64,000 nucleotides of DNA from Calonectris borealis (lineage: Eukaryota). Of the stretch, positions 47,733 through 59,339 are shown piece by piece (the first letter of the stretch is position 1; every line of letters begins with the position of its first letter). A program made the translations under genes and the position numbers. The notes beneath the pieces are model-generated. The model ran no database searches, was not told the DNA's origin, and saw only the letters and a program-made list of their open reading frames with translations. The DNA is taken from the NCBI RefSeq assembly GCF_964195595.1, contig NW_027441456.1:680127-744126 (forward strand). Reading direction: 5' to 3'.

Positions 47733-49722
47733 ACTGGATTGTATGATATTAGTTACTATATAATACTGTATGTCATCACTTCTATGGTTACTCTATGCCA
47801 TATTAACAGTATTACAGTAAGAATCACCCAGGTTAATGTAGGATGAACTCTGATGAAACCAAGCAAAGTGCAACGATGATAGAACCGGACGAGCGCCCAG
47901 AACTGGCCTCAGCATGCAAGAGCCCAACACCACACACCATCTCTCCTGCCCTGAAAGACTGTTATGGCAGATGGAACCCGAACTCATGGACTAAATGAAC
48001 TCAACGGACATTTTAGAGGGATGGCCCATGGACTAAGGTAATAATATCTCTGTGTGTGTATATATCAAAAGGCAGGAAAAGTGGTGATGACTAATTGGAA
48101 TGTATTGGAAAATGTGAGACCTGGGCATGATGTAGATGGTACAGAATAAGGGGTGGATATTGTCCTGGTTCCAGCTGGGACAGAGTTAGCTTTCTTCCCA
48201 GTAGCTTGGGGGGTGTGCTGTGTTTTGGGTTCGGTGTGAAAGGAGCGTTGATGGCCCATTGATGCTTTGGCTGTTGCTGGGTGGTGCTTGCACTGGGGGG
48301 AGCACAGCCAGGGTGGTGGACCCAGCTGGCCAAGGGGGTATTCTATACCATGTGACATCATGTTCAGTATAAAAACCAGGTGTGTGGGGGGGCTCGCCCC
48401 CCGTTCGTGACACGCGGTCGGCGGTCGGTGAGCAGTTGCATTGTGCATCGCCTGCTTTGTATATTCTGTTACTGTTGTTGTTCTCATTGCTATTATTACT
48501 GTTCTACGCCACGCAGACTCCCCCCGATTGGGACTCTCGTGAAGCACCAAGCTTGCTGAATGGGTTCCTTGTGCCACAGGCCCTGGGCTTATCAGAGATG
48601 CTGTGGGGACAAACATCCCTCCTCTTGCCAGGGGAGCTCTGTCCCCACAATTAGAGCCGCGTGGCTGCCTAGGGACAAGCACCCGCTTCATCGTGTCCCT
48701 CTGGACAGCCACATCCTGCTCAGAGACAATGCTGGCCTGGGTCGAGGACGAGGGCATTGAAGGGACACTCCATGGGGACAGGGGCCTTTGGTGAGCTGTG
48801 GCCAAGTCCCGGGCAGGGGCAGGGCAGGAGCCAGAGCCTTGTTGGGGACGGGGTCACTGGGACCCACTGTCTGGGGGCAACTCTGCAGAGTGGGAGCCGT
48901 GTTGTCTGGGAGGGCACAGTGGCCCCAGGCAGCGGCAGGGTGAGGGCCGGGGCAGGGGATATTCTGCTCTGTTCTCTGCTCTGGGGAGGCCATGTCTGGG
49001 ACTGGACCAGTTTGGGGCCTGCAGTGCAAGGGAAATGGGGTGGGCTGGAGCTGGGCACTGTGACCACCCCAGCACTTCCTCCAAGCCGAGCCCTTGTCTC
49101 CCGGTGCCCAACATTCACCAGTGCTCCCCATTGCCTCCACGGACTGAAGATCCCAGTCACCCAGCTGTCCCCATTGCCCATTCCCCGAGTTGTCCTCCTA
49201 CGTCCCAGTGTTCCCTAATCCCAGGGTCCCAGGGGTCAGTCCCAGCCCCCCATTTACCCAAGGGGCTGGAGAAGGGCCAGAGACAATTCTACTTAGAAAC
49301 CCTTGGTTTGAGGCTGGCGTCATCTCTGGGGGAGTCCCAGAGGGAAAGGCTGGCCTGGGAGGTGAGAGGCACTGCGAGATGGCAGTGCTGGGAGGTGAGG
49401 GGCACTGGGAGCTGGGGGGATCTAGCTTTGGGGGGCTGTTGGAGGATGGTTTCATGCTGGAGCAGTGGGTCATCACCGTAGGGTTTCCAGCTGTCAGAGG
49501 CGCACTGCCCGTCCCCCTCACCACCCGCAGATGCCTGGGCCCTTCCATGTGCAGCTGCCCCTTGCAGGAAGCTGGACTGATGCCGGGGAAGGTGGCTGGA
49601 TCAGTGCCGGAGGCTGAGGCGACTCTGTGCCAGCGCTAGGCTTGCTGCCAGGGCTGGTGTCTCTGCCAAGCCTGGCTTTGCCCTGGGGGCTCTCGGGGTG
49701 GGCAAGGAGGAGTCCTGGGAGG

Positions 49723-49729
49723 GATAAAT
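49723..49729 (+). promoter_or_regulatory. TATA-like box of candidate gene copy 3
   Basis: 'gggataaatcggcccc'. Confidence 0.4.
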
Positions 49730-49782
49730 CGGCCCCTCGCCTTCTCCAGCTTCACCCAGCACTCGCCACACTGCAGAGGAAG

Positions 49783-51520
49783 ATGAAGGTCGCAGCGCTC
49801 AGCATGGCCCTGCTCTTCACCATCCTGCTGTGCACCCCGGAAGATGCTCAGGTGAGTCCCCACTGCCATGGGGAGGGCCTCAAGGCTGGGGATGGGTCTT
49901 GGCTGCAGGATGTCAGCTCTCTTGCAGAATGAAATTGCAGTGGTGAGCATGAAACCTCTTGACATGGCCTCTCCCTTTCTCAAGCAAGGAGCTCCTCTAG
50001 GCTCCCCTGCACCTCCAGCCCTGGGCAATGCAGCTTTCTCCCTCCCACAATTCCATGTTCCCCTCTTCCCCCGCAATTAAACTTCTGGTGCCCAGAGACA
50101 GCGTTCCTCAGAGAGTGGTCAGACCTGTCCCTTCCCTAGTAGGGTTCACTGTAAAATCCTGTGAGGGCTCTTCTCTTGGTGCCCCCACATCTCTCCCTTT
50201 TGGCCTTCCACATCCCATCCTTTTGTCCCCCTCAGACATGCTCTCCCCACGATCTCCTCCTATCTAGGGTCCCCAAATGCCCTCCCACTGATCGTTCCCA
50301 ATGCCTTTCTTTCAGTCTTCCCCCTCAGTCCTTTGCCTTTCATCCTGTCCTCTGCGGTAGTGTCCCCGGATCCCCTTCCTTGAAGTCCCACTCCCAAACA
50401 TTCTCCCAGTCCCCTTCATTTTGTCCTCTGCAGTCCTCTTCCTTCTGCCCCCACCAACCACCTCGCTTGAACTCCCCCTATCTTCTCCACTTGAATTTCT
50501 TTACGCCTCACTTGCGTCCCACGCAGTCCTGTCCATTCAACGCCCCCAGCCCAGTCCCTTGGGGTCCGCTAATTCACCCCAGTGCCCTGTCTTTGGGTGC
50601 CCCCCACCCCCATCGGCTTTGGAGACCCCGAATTCCCCACTCTATCCGTGTCTCCATCCCCACCCCTGGTCCCTGCCTGAACAGGTATCCCCAGTGAAAC
50701 TTGGAGGAATGGGGCTTCGGGGAGCAGAAGGTTTTTTCCCCCTCAGACCAAGGGGAAGCCATGGGCCTGGGGGGACATGGGACACCTATGCCCCACCCAC
50801 AGCCCCACCAAGGTCCAATCCAGACCACACCTTTGCTCTCCTTCCCTAGGCATTCTTCGAAGCAAGTGGAAGTTATAGCCTGGACGTAAGTAGTCGGGTG
50901 GACTTGGAGGGCATCCAGTCTGGGGAATGGGAGGGCAATTTGGTCCTCCCATCCCTTGCTGGGACTGGGGACATCCCAGTGACCAGTGAGGTCTCATGGT
51001 CTCTCTACAGTTCGGGTACAGTTTCGGGCGAGTGAAGAGGGCTGAGGTAGGTACGATGAGTTCTGCTGGCTCCAGACCCTCCCGTTGCATGGCCACAACA
51101 CTCCAGAGCATCCCAGCATAGGCCCCAATAGACCCCACTGCAACCCCAGAGAACACCCTTGCACCACAGTGTTTTCCCAGGGAGGCCCCTTTCCCCAGGG
51201 CCCCCATTGCGTTCTCATTCATCCCATTACAAGCCACTACACCCCAGGATGCCCCAGTACACAGCCACCCACCCAGGTGGGCCCCTTCCCCAGGACGCCC
51301 CTGCTTTCTGTGCACCATCATGGAAACTCAGGTACCCCATTTCTCCCTGGAGGCACCTTCCCCAAGGACCCCATTGCTTTCCCCTGCCTCCTACTCCACC
51401 CCAGTGTACCCAAGCATGTCCCCCCACCACTAACCCTCCCTTTCTCCCCAGCCCCTTCTGGCTGACCAGGCGGCGGAGCTTGTGCGCCGTAGACGCGTGG
51501 CTGCAGCTGTTGATGTCTAG
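49783..51520 (+). CDS. Candidate small secreted peptide precursor gene, copy 3: exons 49783-49851, 50850-50885, 51011-51046, 51452-51520
   Basis: Signal peptide 'MKVAALSMALLFTILLCTPEDAQ'. Exon 2 encodes '..SYSLD', exon 3 'FGYSFGRVKRAE' and exon 4 'PLLADQAAELVRRRRVAAAVDV*'. Indels of 1 bp at both exon-2/3 edges compensate so that phase 0 is kept. Confidence 0.4.
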
Positions 51521-52138
51521 GTGAGCAGCATCAGGGCGTCTCCAGCCCCGCAAAGGACCCTGGGCGCCAAGGGATTCCTACACCCTCTCGGGTGGGCAGA
51601 ACTTGGGTATGGGAGAGGGAAACAGAGGGGACTGTCCATGATCCATGTCTCAGGGTGAGCTGGACAGAGCTGCCCCCATGCCTTTCCTGGCACCCAGTGG
51701 GGCTCTACAGACCCAGAGGGTCACCGTGCAGGCCAGGCAAGGGCTCTGGTGCCATACAGACCCCCAGGATCACCTTGAGGGGTGGGCAGGGCTCTGGGAG
51801 CTTTAGGGGCATCCTGGGCTAATGACACACTGGGCGAGGGGCTCTGGGTGCCATATGGATTTCAGGAGAGCCGAGTCCTGTCCTGGGTATACTGAGGGCT
51901 CCAATTCCTGTCCCCTTCCCCAGATCCCTGCAGAGAGAGATGGTGGGGGCGAGGCCCCTCTCACGTCCCAGCAGACACTGGGGGGTTCATTTTGGGCTCT
52001 GTCTTTCAGGACTGGAACTGGTGGTGACACCCTTGTCCCGTCCCCCTCCAGCGGCATGAGGAGATGATCATACCTGGATGACCCCACCTGGTCCCCTGGG
52101 AGGCCTGGGCCATTTCCCTCTAATGATCAATAAACCCC

Positions 52139-52144
52139 TTCAGC
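52139..52144 (+). terminator. Polyadenylation signal AATAAA, candidate gene copy 3
   Basis: 'taatgatcaataaaccc'. Confidence 0.45.
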
Positions 52145-52949
52145 AAAGCTACGCTCTGTGTGTCCGTCGGTGTCCTTGTCCATGTCCCTGTCCATGTCCC
52201 CTCTCCTCTGCCAGCACCCAGATGCCTGGGTTGTTTCTGGCTGCACCACTGCCATGAGCAGAGTGGCTGAGGGACCCCGGATGCCAGGGGTGTCTCTGTA
52301 AAGGAGATCCCCTTCCCACCCACCGTGTGCCTCCAGATAAGGGCACATTAGGGCAAACTGGGGTGTCCCCCCATGAGGCTGGGAGAGGTAAGGGGCAGAC
52401 AGTGCCAGCCCTTAGGGCACCCAGTCTTTTGGAGGCACAGCAGGAAACAGGTTCTTACCGGGACTCTATTGAGCACCATCCCCCAATTTGGTGTCAGGGC
52501 AGGAAAGGAGTGCAGACAGGCATCCCAGATCCCTGGGTGTTCTGCCCCGCTCTGGGAGTGGTGGTGGTTCCCTGCCCCATGGACTCACCACTCCCAGGAG
52601 ATTTCAGAGCCCCATGCTGGGCCTCCCTGGACCCCCAGCCCACACCCTTCTCTGGGGCACCCCCCATCATAGGCCAGGAAGGCATTTTGGGGCCACTGGA
52701 CACTGCAGAGAATCCCCCAGGGATGTGCGGTCCATCTCCATCACCATGAGAGTGGGAGAAGATGGTTCTGTGGCACTGAGCCTCTGTGGGTCTTCTCTGG
52801 TGTCTAGGAGTGAAGTTCAGCCACCAGCTGCAGTTGGTATCTCCACAAAAAGGCACAGGCAGGGCTGCTCCCTCTAGCCCAGAGGCCTGCTCTGACAATT
52901 TGGGGACTGGAAGTGGCCAACAGGGCCAGTCCTTATTAGGGGAGGAGGA

Positions 52950-55900
52950 CGTCTGGGGAAAGACAGGGGCACATGTTGAAAATGTTGTCGTTATGAATCG
53001 TTATGGCCTCACCTTGAGAGGAGACAGACGAAATATTCTACCAGAGGCTGGCAGATGTCTCACACTCGCTAGCCCTTTTTCTCGTGGGGGGCTTCAACTT
53101 TCCGGACGTCTGCTGGAAATACCACACGGCAGAGAGGAAACAGTCGAGGAGGTTCCTGGAGTGTGTGGAAGATAACTTCCTGACGCAGCTGGTAAGCGAG
53201 CCCACTAGGGGAGGTGCCTCGCTTGACCTCCTGTTTACAAACAGAGAAGGGCTGGTGGGAGATGTGGTGGTCGGAGGCCGGCTTGGGCTTAGCGACCATG
53301 AAATGGTAGAATTCTCGATACTTAGTGAAGTAAAGAGGGGGGCCAGCAAAACCGCTACCATGGACTTCCGGAGGGCGGACTTTGGCCTGCTGTACTGGTT
53401 CCGGCTGGGACAGGGTTAACTTTCTTCCCAGTAGCTTGGCGGGTGTGCTGTGTTTTGGGTTCGGTGTGAAAGGAGCGTTGATGGCCCATTGATGCTTTGG
53501 CTGTTGCTGGGTGGTGCTTGCACCGGGAGGGGGGAGCACAGCCAGGGTGGTGAACCCAGCTGGCCAAGGGGGTATTCTATACCATGTGACATCATGTTCA
53601 GTATAAAAACCAGGTGTGTGAGGGGGCTCGCCCTCCCGTTCGTGACACGTGGTCGGCGGTCGGTGAGCAGTTGCATTGTGCATCGCCTGCTTTGTATATT
53701 CTGTAATTGTTGTTGTTCTCAGTGTTATTCTTACTGTTCTACTTCGTTTTATTTCAATTATTAAACTGTTTTTATCTCAACCCGGGAGCTTTCCTACTTG
53801 TGCCCTCCCGATTCTCTCCCCCATCCCACCGGCGGGGGAGTGATCGAGCGGCTGCGTGGGGTTTATTTTTGCTGGCTGGGGTTAAACCACGATACCTGCT
53901 CAGGACACTGGTCGAGAGGGTCCCTTGGGAGACAGTCCTGAAGGGCAAAGGGGTCCAGGAAGGCTGGACGTTCTTCAAGAAGGAAGTCTTAAAGGCGCAG
54001 GAGCGGGCTGTCCCCATGTGCCGCAAGAAGAACGGGCGGGGAAGACGACCGGCCTGGCTGAACGGGGAGCTCTGGCTGGGACTCAGGAAAAAAGGAGAGT
54101 TTATCACCTTTGGAAGAAGGGGCAGGCAACTCAGGAAGAGTACAGGGATCGCGTTAGGTCGTGCAGAGAGGAAATTAGAAAGGCAAAAGCCCAGCTAGAA
54201 CTCAACCTGGCCACTGTTGTGAGAGACAACAAAAAATGCTTTTATAAGTATGTTAATGACAAAAGGAGAGCCAAGGAGAATCTCCATCCTCTATTGGATG
54301 CAGGGGGGAACGTTGCCACCAAGGACGAGGATAAGGCTGAGGTACTCAATGCCTTCTTTGCCTCAGTCTTTAATAATCAGAGCAGTTATCCTCAGGGTAC
54401 TCAGCCCCCTGAGCTGGAAGACAGGGACGGCGAGCAGGACAAACCCCCCATAATCCAAGAGGAAGCAGTTAACGACCTGCTACGCCACCTGGACGCTCAC
54501 AAGTCTGTGGGGCCGGATGGGATCCACCTGAGGGTACTGAGGGAGCTGGCGGAGGAGCTTGCCGAGCCGCTCTCCATCATTTACCAGCAGTCCTGGTTAA
54601 CTGGGGAGGTCCCGGACGACTGGAGGCTCGCCAATGTGACGCCTATCTACAAGAAGGGCCGGAAGGAGGATCCAGGGAACTACAGGCCGGTCAGCCTGAC
54701 CTCGGTGCCGGGGAAGATCATGGAGCGGTTGGTTTTGAGGGCGCTCACGAGCCATGTCCAGGACAACCAGGGGATCAGGCCCAGCCAGCACGGGTTCATG
54801 GAAGGCAGGTCCTGCTTGACCAACCTGATCTCCTTCTATGACCAGGTGACCCGCCTAGTGGATGAGGGAAAGGCTGTGGATGTGGTCTACTTGGACTTCA
54901 GTAAGGCCTTTGACACTGTCTCCCACAGCATTCTCCTAGAGAAGCTGGCGGCTCACGGCCTAGACAGGTACACTCTTTGCTGGGTAAAAAACTGGCTGGA
55001 CGGCCGAGCCCAGAGAGTTGTGGTCAACGGAGTTAAACCCAGTTGGCGGCCGGTCACGAGCGGTGTTCCCCAGGGCTCAGTGCTGGGGCCGGTCCCGTTC
55101 AATATCTTTATCAATGATCTGGACGAGGGGATCGAGTGCTCCCTCAGTAAGTTTGCAGATGACACCAAGTTGGGTGGGAGTGTTGATCTGCTGGAGGGTA
55201 GAAGGCTCTGCAGGGGGACCTGGACAGGCTGGATCGATGGGCTGAGGCCAACTGTATGAGATTCAACAAGGCCAAGTGCCGGGTCCTGCACTTCGGCCAC
55301 AACAACCCCAGGCAACTCTACAGGCTTGGGGAAGAGTGGCTGGAAAGCTGCCCAGAGGAAAAGGACCTGGGGGTGCTGATTGACAGCCGGCTGAACATGA
55401 GCCGGCAGTGTGCCCAGGTGGCCAAGAAGGCCAACGGCATCCTGGCCTGTATCAGAAATAGTGTGGCCAGCAGGAATAGGGAGGTGATCGTGCCCCTGTA
55501 CTCGGCACTGGTGAGGCCGCACCTCGAATCCTGTGTTCAGTTTTGGGCCCCTCACTACAAGAAGGACATGGAGGTGCTGGAGCGTGTCCAGAGAAGGGCA
55601 ACGAAGCTGGTGAAGGGCCTGGAGAACAAGTTTTGTAAGGAGCGGCTGAGGGATCTGGGGTTGTTTAGTCTGGAGAAGAGGAGGCTGAGGGGAGACTTCA
55701 TCGTGCTCTACAACTACCTGAAAGGCGGTTGTTGTGAGGTGGGTGTTGGTCTCTTCTCCCAAGTAACAGCGATAGGACGAGAGGAAATGGCCTCAAGTTG
55801 TGCCAAGGGAGGTTTAGACTGGACATTAGGAGAAATTTCTTTACTGAAAGAGTGGTCAGGCCTTGGAACAGGCTGCCCAGGGAAGTGGTTGAGTCACCAT

Positions 55901-56036
55901 CCCTGGAAGTATTTAAAAGACATGTAGATGAGGCGCTTAGGGACATGGTGTAGTGGGTATGGTAGTGTTGGGTTGATGGTTGGACTTGATGATCTTAGAG
56001 GTTTTTTCCAACCTTAATGATTCTATGATTCTATGA
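52950..56036 (+). mobile_element. CR1 LINE (endonuclease C-terminus through RT to 3' tail, ~2.6 kb of CR1) interrupted by a nested solo LTR at 53390-53890
   Basis: - Pre-LTR: '..LDLLFTNREGLVGDVVVGGRLGLSDHEMVEF..MDFRRADFGLL'.
- Post-LTR: '[22 protein letters not shown]..'.
- ORF2 RT at 53925-55259 and 55256-55927, with 'FADDTKL' and '..[39 protein letters not shown]'.
- The element ends 'ggttggacttgatgatcttagaggttttttccaaccttaatgattctatgattctatga'. Confidence 0.9.
53390..53890 (+). mobile_element. Solo LTR of family LTR-A inserted into CR1 ORF2 (outside the tandem array)
   Basis: 'tgtactggttccggctgggacagggttaac...tataaaaacc...ctcaacccgggagctttcc..'. It includes the U5-end segment missing from the ERV-A 3' LTRs. 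Flanking 'cctgc' may be the target-site duplication. Confidence 0.8.
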
Positions 56037-56184
56037 AAGGTCCATGGCAGCTGGGCTAAAACTCAGTCCTTGTCTCTGTGCTGTGTGTCTCCTGCCTCTC
56101 CAAAGCCCTCACACTGATAATGGCTGATCTCACAACCTCTCATGGAAAGTCCACACCAGTCTGCAAAGCTCATTGCTGTCCACA

Positions 56185-56302
56185 GGGAAGGGAAGGGAAG
56201 GGAAGGGAAGGGAAGGGAAGGGAAGGGAAGGGAAGGGAAGGGAAGGGAAGGGAAGGGAAGGGAAGGGAAGGGAAGGGAAGGGAAGGGAAGGGAAGGGAAG
56301 GG
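56185..56302. repeat. (GGGAA)n microsatellite, ~23 units, pure purine/pyrimidine strand asymmetry
   Basis: Uninterrupted 'gggaagggaagggaag...' run. Confidence 0.95.
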
Positions 56303-57289
56303 GTTGTGTGTCCTGTCAGGGCTGACACTCACTGGGTCTCTCCGTCCAGTCCCAGAGGCAGCTCTTCTCCCAGGGTTATGGTGTTCACAAGCTCTTCGGC
56401 TTTACATGCAGGGAGAAGGCAGACAGATTCCGCAGGGCCTTCAGTCTTGCAGCTGCTGCTGCTGGAGATTCAGAGCTGTCTGTGCTGGGACACTGGCCTG
56501 GGACATGTGCCCAAGCCCATGGCACGTTCCCAGTGCTGCTGATCAGCCACGCCTAGCTGAGGGATGGGACCTTGGCCTCAACATGCATTGACCTTCAGGG
56601 AAAAGTGTCTTGGTGTTTACATGCCATGAGAGGCAGGAGAGTCTCTTGCATTTGAAGAGAGAGACAAACATTGGAGGAGTCCTTTCTTCTTCAGCCAACC
56701 TCATCCCATCTTGAAACACTTTCCCAGGGGCCAGTCCTGCCCCTTTTGGGCAGGGCCCCGACTCCAGAGGTTGCTGCTCTCCATCCCGCAAGGGCGGCCA
56801 GGAAAACCCTACTTCCCAGGTGCTGGTGGGAGTGGGAGGACAGGCAAAGCTGGGGAGGGGAACCACCCTCCTGCCTGGCCGGCGTCCACTGCAGAAACAG
56901 CTTCTTTTGTCTCTTCTTCCTCCTTCCCAGATGGACCCTTTACAATGCTGTCAGCCTGACCCTTCCTTCTTCTCAGTCTGAACGGAGCATCGTGCCCTGC
57001 ATCTGCAGCCGTGTTCCCCCTCTGGCTGAGCCTCTCCTGCCTCCCACCTCCCCCTGCTCCAGCACGCATAGCCCCAGCTGTGCCCTCAGTGCCTCCAGCT
57101 AAGGACAGGTTTCAGTCTTTGGCCTAGGCATGCAGAGAGTTCCTTGGTGTCAGGATTGAGCATCGACACTGGTCCTCAGCCTGTCTCCTGCTCCTGTTGC
57201 ACAAGAGCAGCTCTCCTGAGTCAGACAGAAGCTGGTGCCCTGTCATCAGCAGTGCCACATATAGCCAGTGGCAAGGGAAAGTGTTTAAG

Positions 57290-57650
57290 AAACAAGGAAG
57301 GTGAAGAAGGATTTTTATTTCCCCCTCTGTCAGTGTGGTGGGTAGACCTTGGCTGGCTGCCAGATCTCAGCCTCCCTCCTCAACAAGACAGGGGGAGAAA
57401 ATCAGATTAAAAAGCTCATGGGTCGAGATAAGGACAGGGAGTTGCTTACCAATTACCACCGTGGGCAAAACAGACTCAACTCGGGGAAGATTAATTGCCA
57501 GTTAAAAATATAGTAGGATAGTGAGAAACAAAAGCAAAACTAAAAATACCTTTGCCCCACCGCCCCTTCTTCTTAGGCTCAGCTTCACTCCTGATCTTCT
57601 ACCTTCTCCCCCCAAGCAGTACAGGGGTATGAGGAATGGGGGTTGCGGTC
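57290..57650 (-). mobile_element. Fragment of an LTR related to LTR-B (U5-proximal part), minus orientation
   Basis: 'gggggagaaaatcagattaaaaagctcatgggtcgagataaggacagg' aligns with LTR-B(-) 11340-11410 'gggggagagaatcagacgggtaaaagtgagaaaactaatgggttgagatatagac'. Confidence 0.45.
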
Positions 57651-57689
57651 AGTCCATAACACTTTGTCTCTGCTTCTCCTTCCTCCTCA

Positions 57690-58110
57690 CTCTCCTCCTG
57701 CTCCAGCGCGGGGTCCTACCCATGGGATACAAGCCCTTCACAAACTACTCCAGCATGGGTCTTTTCCACAGGATACAGTCCTTCACGAATGGACTGCTCC
57801 AGTATGGGTTCCCCACAAGGTACAGTCCACAGTGCTTTAGTGTGGGTCCCCCATGGGCCACAGTGTCTGCCAGAAAACCTGTTCCTGCATGGGCTCCTCT
57901 CCACAGGCCACAGGTCCTGCCAGAAAACCTGCTCCAGCGCGGGCTTTCCACTGGCTGCAGCTTCCTTCAGGGCACATCCCCTTGCTCTGGCATGGGGTCC
58001 TCCACAGGCTGCAGGTGGATATCTGCTCTACCATGGACCTCCATGGGCTGCAGGGGGACAACCTGCCTCACCATGGTCTTCACCACGGACTGCAGAGGAC
58101 TCTGGAGCAC
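57690..58110. repeat. Degenerate tandem repeat, ~55-60-bp periodicity (ctgctccag..ggg..ccacagg..cag motif), open in two + frames
   Basis: Repeating 'cttcacaaactactccagcatgggtcttttccacaggatacagtc / cttcacgaatggactgctccagtatgggttccccacaaggtacagtc / ..cctgctccagcgcgggctttccactggctgcagc..'. Confidence 0.6.
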
Positions 58111-58649
58111 CTCCTCCCCCTCCTTCTTCACTGACCTTGGTGTCTGCAGGGCTGTTTCTCTCACATTTTCTCACTCCTGTCTCCCAGCTTTTGCTGCATG
58201 GCATTTTTTTAACCTTTCTTAAATATGTTATTATGAAGGCACCACCAGCTTTGCTGATGGGTTCAGTTTTGGCCAGCGATGGGTCCGTCTTGGAGCTGGC
58301 TGGAACTGGCTCTGTCCGACACAGGGGAGCCCCTGGTCTCTTCTCACAGAAGCCACCCCTGCAGCCCCTTCCCCCCTCCAAACTTTGCTATGTAAACCCA
58401 ATGCAGTCAGCCTTTCCCTGTTTTGCAACAGCTGGAGGTTACAGGACTTGTGGCCTAGAAGTGTCTGTACCACTGCACTAAGGAGCTGGTGAATCTTTTG
58501 CTGTCAATTTGTTTAACTTTCTTTGGACCCATTTGCATGTTTGTCACCACCAAAAACTCAGAGGACTGGTGAAGTTGTGTGAAGGAGGACTTAAGGACAT
58601 GTGCTAGCATCGAGCCTCGTGGGACTTTGCTGATAATTTCCCTCCAGGA

Positions 58650-58835
58650 TGAACAGTGTTCATTATCTCTTGGCTGTGGTTTCATCCCTCCAGACATGCA
58701 CTGAATGACCACCAACATTTATGTTGGGAATTTTTCCCTCACCCCACTGCATTTCATGTCTTCAGTGGGGTCAACTGCAGGAGAATATTTCCCAGGGGGC
58801 TGGAGTGGACCCGAGAGTCCCCAGGACCAGTAGGA
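58650..58835 (+). repeat. Diverged (~80%) paralog of unit coordinates ~8990-9230, lacking the CR1 tail present at 9097-9151
   Basis: 'gttcattatctcttggctgtggttt..tccagacatgcactgaatgaccaccaacatttatgttgggaatttttccctcaccccactgcat|ttcatgtcttcagtggggtcaactgcaggagaatatttcccagggggctgg' aligns with 8996-9230 minus the CR1 fragment. Confidence 0.75.
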
Positions 58836-59339
58836 TGTGGGCAGGGCTGATGGGCTTGAGGGCAGGAACTGGCGGCTGACCAAACTCACCCAGAAGCACC
58901 TGGGAGGTTTGGTTGTGAGGTACACCCAGCTGTCATGTCCTGGGACTGCCTGGCAAGGGGCAGGTGATCACCTCTGCCCCAGCCCAGACTTTGTTCTGTT
59001 TCCTCCTACAGTTCTTGGTCACATTTTAACAACAGCAACAAAAAAAAAGAAAACAAAACCAAACACCCCCTTCCAACCCAGCCTTTGTGCAAGAGTTTCC
59101 CAGTGCAGAGTGATTTCAGGGCAGAGGGCATTGAATTTAAATCTCTAAAGCCCTTTTGAACATCTTCACAGGCTTTGGCAGCATTTAGACAGAGTCATGA
59201 TGGTTTTACCTTAAATAGTTTCACGGTATCAATGGTGAAAGAAAGAAGACGCTTCCCAGGGGAGAGAGGAAACCTCTCCGTTTCTCCCATGGGCTCTGCT
59301 ATCTCCACACTTTTGGCCCAATGAAAACTTAATGATGCC

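Larger units (their letters stand above)
42034..48507 (+). mobile_element. ERV-A provirus copy 3, full length: 5' LTR 42034-42533, PBS 42534-42551, gag, pro, pol, 3' LTR 48161-48507
   Basis: Colinear with copy 2. It has the longest gag N-terminal ORF and the most complete integrase C-terminus. Confidence 0.9.
30824..52684. repeat. Tandem segmental-duplication unit, full copy (21,861 bp); its last ~280 bp (52405-52684) are only ~80-85% identical to the other copies
   Basis: Colinear with 8922-30823. Identity drops sharply after ~52405 with indels, and homology ends at 52684. Confidence 0.8.

Noticed and set aside
48065-48805. 246-aa minus-strand ORF
   Set aside because: It runs antisense across the ERV-A polypurine tract and 3' LTR. 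It is open only in copy 3 (the copies at 4604-5038 and 26474-26908 are shorter), so it is a chance ORF.
56185-56302. CRISPR array
   Set aside because: The (GGGAA)n run, like (TTCTA)n at 60485-60560, is a perfect microsatellite without spacers.
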